DNA from: Entomortierella parvispora E1425
Lineage: Eukaryota > Fungi > Mortierellomycota
DNA length: 64,000 bases
NCBI GenBank assembly: GCA_020891255.1
Contig: BQFW01000006.1
Coordinates: 2,108,001-2,172,000 of the forward strand
Direction of reading: 5' to 3'
The translations under genes were made by a program, and so were the position numbers. The notes below the pieces were generated by a model. That model worked only from the letters and a program-made list of their open reading frames with translations, ran no database searches and was not told the origin of the DNA. This document shows, in pieces, positions 11,682 to 24,600 of this stretch; the first letter of the stretch is position 1; every line of letters begins with the position of its first letter.

Positions 11682-13302
11682 ATGACCCACACCAAGGACC
11701 TGCCTACCCCTGCCAACCCTGGTCCCTTTGGCCATGCTCAACGCAAGAACTTTCTCTTCCCCGAGGGTTACACCCAGTTCAACCATGGATCCTTTGGTAA
11801 ACTATGAACAAGCTTTGACTTTCATCTGGGTTTACGAGGAAAACGTTCAAGAGTCATTAACACGGGCCACGCTGGGGGGTTTTTTTTTTCTCTCGTTTCA
11901 TGGTAATCAGGTACTTTTCCAAAGTCCGTCCAGGATGCCATGATTGAGTGGCACCAACGCGCCGAGCGCAACCCTGGTAAGCATGGGATTTTTTTCCCCG
12001 CGCCCTACAACCAAGATGAATGTCAACTAGCCGGCAAGGAGAGAAAAAAAACAAGGAGTTTGTTGTTGGTCACGTTCAATTTTCTCACGGTCCTCCACTT
12101 TCCTCTATTTTCCTCTTTCAAACAGATCTGTGGATGCGTCGCGACCTCTATTCGTCCCTGAAGCAACTCCGAACCGACCTCGGCGACTTTTTGAACTGCT
12201 CTGCCGACGAGTTGGCCTTGGTGACCAACACGACTCAGGGCGCCAACACCATTATTCGCTCTTTGGACTTCCAACCGGGTGATCGTATCCTCCAGTTCTC
12301 GACCGGCTACGTCTCTGTGGACAAGACGGTGGAATATGTCTGCGATACCTTGGACGACGTCAAGATCGTCCAGGTCCCTGTGACCTACCCCATCTCGGAC
12401 GAGGATCTGTTGAAGAAGGTCGAGGAAACTGTGGAGGCGCATCGTCAATTGAAGGACGGATCCAGGATCCGATTGGCCATCGTGGACTGGATCTCGAGTG
12501 TGCCCTCGATCTTGCACCCCGTCCACAAATTGGTCGACTACTTGCAAGGAGAGGGGATCTTGGTCTTTGTCGATGGCGCACATTCGATCGGCCAGGTCCC
12601 TGTGGATCTCACGGCTTTGCACCCTGATTTCTACATCACCAACGCTCACAAGGTAAAAAAAAAAAAAAAAGAGAAAAAAGTTTAATCCCTGAAAAAGAAT
12701 GCCCAAATCCTGACTACCTTCCCCTTTCTTCTCTGATACACACCATACAGTGGCTCTTCAGTGTCCGTGGATCGGCTGTTCTCTATGTGGCCAAGCGTCA
12801 TCAGGCAAAGATCCACCCAACTTCTATCACGGGCGATTACAAAAAGGGATTCGACGCCGAGTTCGCATGGTCCGGCACTCAGGATTACTCTTCGCTTATG
12901 TCCATCTCGGACGCCTTGAAGTTCCGCAAGCAATACGGAGAGGACGCCATCATCAACTACACACACCGATTGGCTGTCGAGGGCGGCGCCGCTATTGCCA
13001 AGATCCTCGGCACCAACACTTTGACGCCTGATGATCACCAGGTCGCCAACATGGTCAACATTCGTCTCCCCATTCACGACTTTGATCACCCTACCTTGAA
13101 GGAGAACCCTAATTATATCATGGACTTGATGTTTGACAAGTTCAACGTCTTTACACCTGCCTTCAAGCACGATGGAAAGTGGTGGACGCGTGTCTCGGCC
13201 CAGATCTATTTGGAGTTGTCGGACTTTGTCCGATTGGGCAACATCTGGAAGGAGGTCTGCGATGATCTCAATGCCTTGGTTCTAACGAACTCGAGACAAT
13301 AG
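11682..13302 (+). CDS. EGT2: PLP-dependent class-V aminotransferase / C-S lyase, hercynylcysteine sulfoxide lyase (Egt2)-like, 4 exons
   Basis: FGHAQRKNFLFPEGYTQFNHGSFG|TFP; LVTNTTQGANT; VDGAHSIGQ; PDFYITNAHK|WLFSVRG (PLP lysine); C-terminal WTRVSAQIYLE. Confidence 0.85.
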
Positions 13303-13879
13303 CGCGGGAAATCATGGTCGATGAATTGAGTTCAACTAACCCTCTGGGATCTTGGTCCGACCATGATGATTGGGATGGTTAGAGCACTCGACCATTGACA
13401 AAGGCGACCATTCCCATTCCTTCAGAAAAGATCGGTCGCCAACACGTCCAATAATATATCCCTGTTTCTACTGTCAGTTTGAAAGATTGTTTATTTTTTT
13501 TCCTTTTTTTTTTCTTTTTTCTGTTGATACCAGTACAATGGCAGGTGCATGGATGGATCTGATAATGAAACAGAAAACGAGAGAGATCAATAGAAAAAAG
13601 AATGCATGAACACATTTTTGTTTTTTTGTGTGTCAAGGACGATTTATTTTGCGCAAAGGGTCAGGGGCCAACAACTTTATCATATGTTACTTTGCGCCGT
13701 CGTCCCCCAAACTGCAAAGCATGAAAACGAACAACAAAAAAACGGAATCCCGTCATTCCCTCATCTAAAAAACTTCAATTAAAAGGAAGAAACACGACTT
13801 TTTTTTTTTTATATTAAAAAACGAAGCTATGCAAAAGCAAAAAAAAAAGGGCAGCAAGAGTAACATTCCCTCAACTCTT

Positions 13880-16800
13880 TCAATATATCCTTTCCATGAT
13901 GGTCTCCAGCGTTACACGCTCGTCCGCATGGACCGTCATCATATCCTGTAGTAATCTCGCAATAGATCCTGAGGGATCCAGGATTTGACTCCGCTCGTAC
14001 GCTGCCGACATTTCCTGTGCTGAACCCGGGCCGCCATAAGAATACTGAGCCGGCACAGGGGGTGAGGGTGGGTAGGGCACTCTAAAGTTCTGCGACGTCC
14101 ATCCGCCTTGATTCGACCATCCTCCGACCAATGCCCAAGCTTCCGCTTCTGTTTGGAACAGTGCTTGACCGCCCGTCAGAATCTCATAGTAGACACAACC
14201 CAGTGACCAGGCATCCATGCAAGCTTCTGCCGGATACGTCGTATCGCCCGCACGCCAAGCTTCCAACAATTCTGGTGCTGTATAGGCTGCTGGCAATGGG
14301 TTTCCTCCGATCCGATCCATCTTTTCCTCGTGCTGACGCTGTTCCATGAACGCAAACGATTCTTGACCGACGCCCAGATGTGAGGGCGATGCCGATCCAG
14401 AAGAAGGTCCAGAGCTATGCTGTCCCATCTCATGTCCTCCTCCGCCGCCTACAAGACCGACAGGCTCGCCAATAAACCGTGCACATGTGAAATCCCAGAG
14501 CTTCCAGGATGCACCTTCGGTCATGGGATCGATTCCGTCCTCCAAAAAGAAACTTCCAGGTTGGATATTCAAGTGAACCACGCCATGGCGATGACACCAT
14601 TCCACCGCCGCAGAGACGGATCTCAGGATGGATCGTGCATGGGCCGCCGTCTGGACAGGGCCAAGATCCGACAAAAGACTACTGCAACCGCCCATGGCAT
14701 TCACAAACGGATAGGTATGGACCCGGTTCTGAAGGGATGGAATACAGTACGACTCCAACAGCTCCATCACAAAGATGGGGCTCTTGAGGTGCTTCAACAG
14801 CGCGGCTTCGCGCTTCCAGTGAATCTCGGTCATGTACCATTTGAGCGTCGCCACTTCGAATGTGTGCTGGTTCTCACACTCTGTCAAAAGCATAGAGCTC
14901 TCTCCTGCTGCTGCCACGGCATCCGCTGATCCCGCTGCAGCTGAATTCATATCGACTCGACTTCTCCGGATGACCACAGTACCGGAACGGGCCACGCCTG
15001 GGGAGGCTCCTCCTTGTCTTTTGATTGAACGGGCACTCCTGGGTAGCGACACGACGTGATAGGTGCCCAACACCAAGCGCCCTGTGGGTCCGTGAGGGCT
15101 GATCATATGTGCGTCCGGCGTCTCGTACCGAATCACCTGCAGTTGAATCTTTTCCTCAAACCGCTTCCCGCTCTTGGCGTTCCTGCGCGCAAAGTTGGAG
15201 GTCGTGGAACTGACAGAGATGGAATGTGTCAGTCCTTGAGGCGTGTGCGTTTCGTGTTGGTTGTGTCTCATCGCAGCCTCCAGAGGGATCGTCGAGTCCA
15301 AATTGGATTGAACACTGTTCCTGGGATCATTGGCGAGGTACGACGCCCTGGATGGGTAGGGCTGATGCATGTTGCCCTGCTGACTCAAAAACGTGTTTCC
15401 ATATCCATCCTGGGTCCGTGGGGCAGCATATCCAAGTCTCTCCAGGTCATTGTCCAGATGGCGAGGGATCTCGGGCAGACTGCGGTCCTGATGATAGAGA
15501 CCCAGAGGAATGAGGGTATCATCCCGCTTAGCTGGGAAGAGATCCTTTGGTTTCCTGGTCCGCCTTCTCCACAGGATCAAAGCCGCCGCAACAATCATTA
15601 ATACCACCACGCCGCCTACAATCCCCAGAATGACTGCAAGTGGGCTTGTGTGTTTGTGGGTGGGGGACGTTGGGTCGGTAGGGTGAGGCAATGCAGTTCC
15701 AGAAGCAGTTTGCTCTGAAGTGGCTGATCCAGCAACTACAGAGGCGACCAGCTGGGAAGGGTTGACCTGCAAGACGCTACTATCGCTGACGACAAACTGA
15801 TCCTGAGTCAAGGCATTTGGCCCGGTGATGATGCTTTTAGCTACGGCAGCTTTGCCAGTCCAAAAGTATTGGATGAGGGTAGAAGAAGTACTCTAGAAAT
15901 AGAGAAAGAAGAATGAAAGAGAGAGGCGAATGAGAAGAGGCGAGAGGGGGCGTCATCATTTCGAAACCCCGCGATCGCAATAGCCAAAGGTCCCTTGTCC
16001 GTTCTTTTGATAGAGTTGCACCGATCCAAAACTCCATTCCTGATCTCTTACCATTGTTGATCCGAGGAGTGCAACGCCATCGTTGGTGGTCAGCGGCACA
16101 AGGGTCGTGAGCCCAGCAACGACCGAGGTCTCGAAGGTGTGGTCTGTAAAATTGTCCAGATTGATCCGCACAAGTTGCGAGGAGTTGTTGACGGCTGTGT
16201 AGTAGATCCAGAGGGTGGCTGGCCCTCCCGCAGATGACAGTGCCATACCCATGATGCTCGAGTCGCCACTCATTGAAGCGAACCTGCAAAAAATAAAATA
16301 AAAACAGGGGTCGTGTATCAGGCTCTGATTGATTGTGCAAAAGTGCAAAAGTAGAATCAGGTTCCAGCGTCATTTTCTTTGCAACACAAACAAGACGTTG
16401 GTCCATCTTTTGTGGCCTCTAGTCGCTGTTGTGGTTGTGTTCACTGTCCACCGCTCCAACAAGATTCTTTTGAACGTACTGTGTAATGCTGCCGAGGCTA
16501 GAAGCCGCGTTACTGACAAGGTCCCATCGACTGACCTGTCCATTGAGGATGGCTACAGCCACATTGTCGGTTGATCCTGTTAGTCCCAATCCGATTGCAG
16601 TGGTAGGAGCATTCAGTTTCGAGACCTCAAAGCTAGAGGCGGGCGAAGGTCCCGAGTAGTTCCAGGTGGCGACGGGTCCGTTGATGTCAATTTGTCCTGT
16701 AAGGGAGTCTGAGAGGTAGTAGATGGCGGTCGGGCTGCCTTCGAGGCATTTGCCCACCTTGAAGTATTTATCCGCCGCGGGTATTCCGGCCGGGACATAT

Positions 16801-17123
16801 GTCTGTGGGAGAGTCGATGATCCTGGCATGACCTTGGCGAGGGTCACGGTTGTGCCATTGAGTCCTACGATCCAGGCGCCACCGTCGGAACTGGCACAGA
16901 CGGTGGCGATAGAAAGGTTGGTTACAGGTGGTGACTGAGGCTGCCCTGGCCCGAGAGGTGATCCCGAAGGGCTGGAACCGGGGGCCGTGGCTGAAGCTGA
17001 GGCTAGAGAAGGAGTCCCGGAGGGTGCACCGTGCGCTGAAGGCAGAGGAAGGACGAGGGTGTAGAGAGCGGCGAGCAACAGTAGGAGGACCGAGAACGAA
17101 AAGGACGGTGTTGAGGAAGACAT
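13880..17123 (-). CDS. Single-pass transmembrane receptor-like pseudokinase (~962 aa, 3 exons)
   Basis: Exons 17123-16480, 16283-16052 and 15892-13880 join in frame with canonical GT-AG introns. Order: signal peptide, beta-rich ectodomain with NxS/T sequons, TM LAVILGIVGGVVVLMIVAAALILW+RRRTRK, then a kinase fold (ATLK, KREAALLKHL, HLNIQPGS, DFT, YTAPE, DAWSLGC, ER). Confidence 0.82.
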
Positions 17124-17600
17124 GGTCTACTCTCGACTGTGGTTACCGGGTTGTTGCAGCAGAGTCCAAAGAAGGTATGAAGGGGAGGAGAGAAGGGAAA
17201 GGAAAGGGGAAGGAAAGGGATCTCGGCCACAGAGTCCCTGGGGGATGAATTAAAAGTTGGATCCTTGCAAGAAGGCAAAGAATGAATGCAAGAATGCGAG
17301 AATGGGCTGAGCGGGATGATGTCGCATGCACAGGGTCGAGGGGGGAGGACAGGCCCGGGAAGGAGGACCAAGCGCGACGACCGATGAGAGGAGAGGGAGG
17401 AAGAAGGAAGAAGGAAAAGAAGGAAGGAGCAACGACACAAGAAAGAAACAAAGAGAAAGAAAGGACGTATCTCGCGTGGACAAGGTGAATGGTGGGAGGT
17501 ACCTTTGCTTTGGTGCCTGTTTGCTTTGCTCTCTGTGATGTACTTTTGCAGACAAGGAAGGAAGAAGGAGGAAGTAGGGGCGGGCGGGGCTGTGCATAGG

Positions 17601-17639
17601 GCCATGCCATGCCATGCCATGCCCTGGGCCATTCACACC

Positions 17640-17680
<41 letters not shown>

Positions 17681-17790
17681 CAGCCGCACCCTGCCACTGC
17701 CACTACCGCTGCCACTACCGCTGCCCTGTGCCCTTGCCATGCGATAAGAGAGAGAGGGTCGACTGGACAGGTGCATGTGCTGTAGGTACA

Positions 17791-17831
<41 letters not shown>
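17601..17831. repeat. Microsatellite cluster: (GCCAT)4, (GACA)10, degenerate hexamers and a (GT)n run of about 19 units, in a divergent promoter
   Basis: Read directly at 17601-17620, 17640-17679, about 17691-17730 and 17793-17830. Confidence 0.95.
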
Positions 17832-17833
<2 letters not shown>

Positions 17834-17965
17834 CTCGTTTTTATTTTTTTGTATCTTTTTTCTTGTGGTCCCTTCCCTTCTTTGTTCCTTTCCTTCTTCC
17901 CTTCAATCCCAATCTCATTCCCTTTCTTCCCCGTCTTCCCTTCCCTCACTCAATCTACTCTTTCC

Positions 17966-19363
17966 ATGTCCTTCTTTGACAAGTTCAAGGTCGCCGCCCA
18001 AGGTACATTCCCGCGGGAAACACTGTCCCCATCTTCAAAAATAGTCTCTCCTTTTTTTAGAACATTGCTTTCTCCCATCCACCTGCTGTACCTCTCTCAC
18101 GACCCCTGCGCCTGGTCACTGGCATCGCCCTTTTTTTTGACCTTCTTTTTGTTTCTTTGCTGATGGACACGATCATCCACGCTCCTCTTTCATGCCTTGT
18201 CCGTCGGCAATGCACCGCCATTGTCGTTTTCCTTGTCTTGTCATTGTCTACTTGCCCAGAGAGGAAACACAATTCGACTGTCGACTGTCGACGCGTCCTT
18301 TTTCCGAAACTGGGCACGCGCGCCTTCCTCTTTCTTCCGTACTCCCAATCATGTTCCACTGACTGACAACCCCGCTTCCAAACCATAGACGTCGGCAAAA
18401 AGGCCGGTGAGGCTGGACGCCGTTTCCAGGAAACCGCCACCGTCGCCACGCGCCAGATGCAAGAGTCTGCCAAGAATGCCAACATTTCCTCGCCTTTGCC
18501 CGACACCAGCGCTGCAGAGGATCTCAAGAAGGCTGCCAACTTGCTCCGTGGCTTTGTTGACAAGGAAGAAAACGAGGCTGGATTCGACAACATTATCCCC
18601 ACAGAGGTCCTTCGTCGTGCCAAGGGCTTGGCCATTTACACTGTCATCAAGGCCGTAAGTCATGAGAGCAACGGAAACAAAAAAGAGGCAGAGAAGAATG
18701 AAAGGACTGGACAAATCCACGCAGAGGAAAATGATTGAAAGAAAAAAAAGAAGGGGCAGAAGTCATGACGCCATGCACGATAAGAACTCGTGTTCGACTG
18801 CGTATTTTCCCTTGTTTTCGCATATTCACATATGCTAAATAATGCGCTCTCTTTCCCATTCTTCATAGGGCTTTATTGTCAGTGCTCGCGGAGGCAGCGG
18901 AGTGGTTGTGATCAAGAACCCAGATGGACAATGGTCAGCACCCAGCTTTATTGCTACGGGAGGTGTCGGATTCGGTGCCCTTGTCGGAGCTGATATCACA
19001 GACATCATCTTGGTTCTCATGACGGACGAGGCTGTGGAGACGACATTTGTTCAGGGCGGCAGTGTGACTCTTGGCGGTGGATTGTCTGTCAGTGCTGGAC
19101 CTGTTGGTGTCGGTGGAGAGGTCGGTGTCTCTGCCAACACGGTTGCAGCCAACACCTCGCAGATTTACTCGTACACAAAGTCAAAGGGACTCTACGCTGG
19201 TGTGTCCTTGGACGGCACCGTCTTGTTGGAGCGCAAGGAGGCCAACGCTGCTTTCTATGGACGTGCCATCACTGCTGCAGAGATCCTCAAGACCATTCCT
19301 CAGCCCCCCGAGGCTTTGGAGTTGTACACTGTGATCGAGGCCGGTTTGAACCGCGAGCTCTAG
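17966..19363 (+). CDS. YSC84: SYLF/Ysc84 actin- and lipid-binding domain protein without SH3, 3 exons
   Basis: IIPTEVLRRAKGLAIYTVIKA|GFIVSARGGSGVVVIKNPDGQWSAPSFIATGGVGFGALVGADITD and YTKSKGLYAGVSLDG...ERKEANAAFYG are Ysc84-domain signatures. Confidence 0.88.
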
Positions 19364-19783
19364 GAGATTTATCTTGCATCTTTTTTTTTTTCCCTCACCA
19401 TTCATCATCAGATACCAATTGCTCCTCCATCTTCTCCCCCTTCCGTTGTTACTGCTTTCCATATCTCTGCCAAGTAAAAAAACTTCATAATAAAGAACAC
19501 ACCCCCTTCGTATTTTGTGGCCGAGGGAAAAAAAATCCCTCGGGCCGACCAGCCAAGTCCTCCTTCCGAGCAATGCATAAAACGCGTGCAAGGCTGTGCC
19601 GTGACTGTGCCAAATCAAATTGAAGACCAAAAGGAAAAAAAAAGCCCGTCGACTATGCATGTGTCTCTCTCATCCTTCTCTTTTCTGCTCTGTCTACGCC
19701 CCTTCCCTCCATCTCATTTTCCACATCAAGTACACAAGGACCCATTCCACAGGAACCTGCACTAGAAAAGAAAGGAAAAATAG

Positions 19784-21386
19784 ATGCTGGACCCTGTCGA
19801 CCCAACAGAACCCATGCCCTGGGACCTGATCCGGATGGCCATGGTTGTTGGACCAGTGACGGGCTACTTTCATCAGTACTACACAATGTACAGGATGAAG
19901 ACCTCCATGGGCTTTAGTAGTGTCACCTGTGGCGTCTTGATCGTCTCAAGGTAGGTCATGAAGACCATGGTGAAGCATTCAATGCCCAAAACTCAAGAGA
20001 GAGGGTTCTTTCTGTATTACGACGTGCTAAAATATACGCGGTTCTTGAATTTCCCTCTCTGCATTTAGTATCATCCGCATCTTTTTCTGGTAACAAAGAA
20101 GCGTGGCGTTGGGACTATTCAGTCCATCTTGTCATTGTCCTACCGATGATGGTCCACTTTGACCTCTTTTACTAACTGGCACTAGAACCACTCTTTAATT
20201 TTTGATTTTATTTTCCTTTTACATACACTCTTTGGGTCGGTCGGCTGTTTTCAGGGTCGGAGAACCGTAAGTCTCTTTGGCCATCTGAAAGAAGTCCGTT
20301 CAGTCTTGAGAAAACTACACACTCTTCAAGAACTAACCGTACCACTCTTTTCTCTCTCTAGGTTCGATGACGCTCTTCTCTATCAATCCATCTTGATGAC
20401 CATTGTACAGCTCTTCTTGTTGGAACTCTGTGTCCGTTACTACCCTTGGACCGTCCAGATACCCGCACCCGTCACCCATTCAATCCCGGCCTCTCGACTC
20501 TTTAACGTGTTCCGGAATCAACAGAGCCAGTACCAGCAACTGAACCATGGCATCAACGGCGCGCTCTTCTCCTCTGTTGGATCAGGGTCTGCTTCTTCCC
20601 CCACTTCCTCGACCCTCCCTTCAGTACCTGCTCAGGACCATGTGACGACAAGAGCCTCCAGAGTCCATGGATCAGGCGTTGGCTGGTATAGAGAGCATGC
20701 CGCGTATTGGGGCACTCACTTCTGGAATTGGCCCACAATTGGACCCTATTACTTGTTCTTGGCTGGATTTACTTTGCTCGTGGGATTGTCCCTTCTTGTG
20801 ATCGGAAATACTCCCTTTTACGTTGGACTTCTTGGACTCGCTGTAAGTAGAAAGAAATGATGACCATGACGAAAAAAGGATTATGAAGAATCGGACACAC
20901 AATGGAACTAACAACAACAAACGATTTTTTTTTTAAAAAAAACAAAAACAGGCCCTCGGTATCGAGGCCACAGTCCCGTTGCCTCAAGCGATCCAAAACT
21001 TCCGGACGAAATCGACTGCAGGATTCTCGCCCGCGATCTTGTTGATGTGGGTGATTGGAGACTCGTTCAAGACGTATTATTACATCGCGAACCACCTCAA
21101 GTACCAGTTCATTGCCTGTGGCATCATCCAGCTCTGCATCGACTGTGTCATCATTGGTCAAACGATCGTCTATTCAAAGTACTGGAAGGACGCTCGGAGG
21201 GGACGCCATCAACGCCAACGGTCGGGGTATGGCGGCGCCGACGATTCCGGGGCTGCAGCCCCATTGCAGGATCAGCGTCATTTGACCGTCGGACACGCGG
21301 GTGCAGGTCAGGGCAGGTCTAGCTCGGAGGCCCTTCTTTCTGGACATGGATACGAGGACGATGATGTGGATGAAGGAGAAGTTTAG
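19784..21386 (+). CDS. PQ-loop repeat membrane protein (PQLC1/SLC66A2/Any1-like)
   Basis: MAMVVGPVTGYFHQY...GFSSVTCGVLIVSS|IIRIFFW|VGEP|FDDALLYQS; second repeat EATVPLPQAIQNFRTKSTAGFS...WVIGDSFKTYYY. Confidence 0.9.
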
Positions 21387-21656
21387 AAAACAAGGGGGAA
21401 AACCCCCCCGTCCGTCCGTATTATTATTATTATTATTACTTTTTTCATCGAGAATTTTCCCATACCTTTCAATAATGGAGACTATTTATCCACATATTCC
21501 TCCTCTCCTCTCTTTTTGTCTCGTCTCCTCTCCTCTCTCCTTTTCCATGCAATACCCATCTTGGTCATCTTTTTTTTTCTAGGGCGGACCAAATTAAAAA
21601 GAACGCTTTTTTTACAATATGTTTTTTTTTTTTGATTTTTTTATTGGTCTTGAACC

Positions 21657-24600
21657 TCAAGAAGGCGAAGAGCCGTTCGAGGCCAAGTTCATGGTGGTCC
21701 GAAGGGACAAGGCCGGGGTGTTGGGTTGAGAAGAAGTAGAGGAGGAGGAAGGCAGAAGAGGGGGTGCCAAGGACTTGTAACGATATGTCAAGACAACATC
21801 ACTTCCCGATTTCCAATGATGGGTCCGGATCGTGGCCAGGGTCATGGTCGGGGGCAGGACCTGGTCATTGCACAGGATCTCGAGCCAATTCTCGGGTCGC
21901 AAGTATTCTTCCCTCAGATCCTCTTCTTCCTCCGTGGTATCCGTCACGGGCGCCACTCTCAGCACAGGGCTGGATCCGTTCAGTCCAGGTAAAGTAGCCG
22001 CCCTGGCGTTGGGAGAGGACGATGGGGAGGCCGAGGGCGAGAGGTGATGGGAGTGAGAAGAGGAAGAAACCGTCGTGGCTTTGGAATGGACAGACAGGGA
22101 AGACGAGGGACGGTCCTGTTCTGCGGTTGTCGACCCGTTGACAGATCCAAGAGTTGGAAGATGATCCTGAGGTGCCTCTTCTTCCTGCACAGATTCCAAT
22201 GCCCTAGGACTCTGCTGTTGCTGTTGCTGTTGCTGCTGTTCATCCTGCTGGGTAGACAAGGTGGATGACTCCATAGAATTGGCCAAAATCAGCGCTGCAG
22301 CAGCCTCGAGCATATACTTTGGTGGACTCAAATTCAACTTTTCTGCCACATGGGCCACCACCTTGCGCACCCTCAGCATACGTGGCGCTGTCAATCTCGG
22401 GTTTCCGCCCGGTAGATCGCCCAATCGACCTGGAGTCGCTGGTCCCACTGCACCGCCAGTCGTCGCTTCCTGATCATGATGAGGTCGGAGCACAAACGAG
22501 ATCTTGGCCACTTCTTTCAAGGGGATGGTGTTCTTCAACAGCACCTCCAACAACCAGTTTGGCATGATCTGGACCAAAGGAACATAATCCTGTCCCAATA
22601 TTCCCACACTGCCCCGGTAAAGGTCCACCGAGGAAGAGGCCTCGCGCGACTGTTCAGAAATGATCACAGGGATATGAGCCGGGACATGGATCGGGGGACA
22701 ATCTGTGGGCGGTGTGAAGGGTGGGTGAGGGGGTCGAACACTGATGGTGGAAGAGGGAAGCTGCATCACAGGACTGGGCATCGAATCCACAGAAATGCTC
22801 GAGTTTGAATCCAGTGTCGACTGATCATCTTCCGTGCCCTTGGTCAATCCAAGCCCAAAACCGCCTCCCACCGCAGGCATCGCTAGCGCTGGTGGAACAA
22901 GACCCACCCCATCCATGATGGTGGTCCTAGGAGACGAAGCAGCCGAGGTGTTGGTGGTTGTTCCTGTTGCGGTGCCCGTGACCGAGACGCCTGTCAACGA
23001 GGCGGTTGTGCTATCGGGAACGGCTGGGCTAGCGAGTGCGCCTTGGTTGGACGCCAGTGTTGCAGAAGTTGTCGTAGTGCTGGGGGTCTGAGGTCCAAAG
23101 CTCTTTCTAGAAGTGATGGGTCGTCCGTTTTCAAAACGTTGCTCCGCACTGGGTGATCTGGCTAATTTCTTGACAGACTGCTTCAATCGGCCCATGAGAC
23201 CATTACTCGAGCTAGAAGTGCTCGTAGGCGAGGCAATCGAAGAGACAGCAGGAGATACTGCCAGGGATGCAGGGAGTGGTCGAGGCGGCACAGCGGGAGA
23301 GGATGAAGGAATCAGTCGAGGTGAACTAGCTGGGGGTTGCTGGGTCGTTGCAGAGTTATGGTCCTGAGGCGTGAGTGAAGCCGATGTAGCTTTGGAGCTT
23401 TCGCTAGAAGGCGCTTGAAAGTCAGCTCCACCGGGTCCCTTCAATCCTTCGGGTGATGTATTAATGGTGGGTCGACCGCTTCCATTCTGGTCTGACACTG
23501 ACGCTGTTGTTGCTGCTGCGGATGCTGCTGCCGACTCTGGGGCTTGGGTATCGTTTCCGTTCACAACCTCGTTCCTTTCATTGGTGACCACTGTGGTGGG
23601 GACTGACGGCTGATTAGGGTGATCCTCCAAATGTAATTGACGGTTTTGTTCCTTTTCATACGCTTCGATATGTACAGGGACATATTGTTCAAAAAGATTC
23701 TTGAGCACCCACTTTCCAATGCTGACTAGAAATTCAATTGAGAAAAAAGCAGGGTTAATAAGGGAGAAGGACAAAAAGGGCAAGATCACTGGTCCACCGC
23801 TGCCTGATTTCTTACTCCTTTGGTCATCGGGTCTCTCTGGATCGGGCACATCCTCGACTTCGTCAGCGTAGACCTCTGCATCAAAGCAACGACCCTCGTC
23901 CAAATGAACCGTGAGAGCTCCGATACGGGTGTCGATGGTGCACCAAGTGGGAACAGACTCGATGGTATTGAGATCATTCACGACATCATCCAGCTTGCGT
24001 CCAGTATATGTTTCCACTTGCACGCACTACATGACAATTTTGTCAGAAATCAATTTCCAAATGATTAGTTTTCAAGAGTTCTTTTTTTTCCAAAAAGTGA
24101 AAAAAAAACTCCCTCTGTCGCTTACCTTGATGAGATCCCAGAGAGCGACCTCACCACACTTGTCCTCTGTGACGACCATGCGGCGGTTGTTCAAGACTGT
24201 GTGCTTGATAAGACCATGCTCTCCCAAAATGACGTTTTCTGGCTGATCAAAAATGGGCGTGATAATTCCCTCATCGTCCTCTGAACTATGTTGACTGAGT
24301 TTATCCCGTCCTGCGCCAGTCACCAAAAGGGATCCCAAGGACGCTGCAGAATAGACCGTTGAGATTGGGTAGTACTGTTCTGGCGTCGGGTCCATGAATG
24401 TAGACTCGTTCAGGTTCATCTTCAACAAGTTGGCGGGTACAATGGCCTCTGAGAGCTCTGCAGATCGATTGGCTCGAGTAGGGATGTCGGGCCATTGGTA
24501 TACACTGCTGGAAGATGTGGCTGTCCAGATCCGTGCATTGTCGTGCGCCACCAACTAATATGTCAGACAAAAAAATCGTGTGAGCATTTCGTCGTTCTGG

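Noticed and set aside
11682-13302. PLP enzyme as isopenicillin N epimerase or part of a secondary-metabolite cluster
   Set aside because: No NRPS/PKS or tailoring genes nearby, and the motifs fit ordinary Egt2/cysteine desulfhydrase-like lyases.
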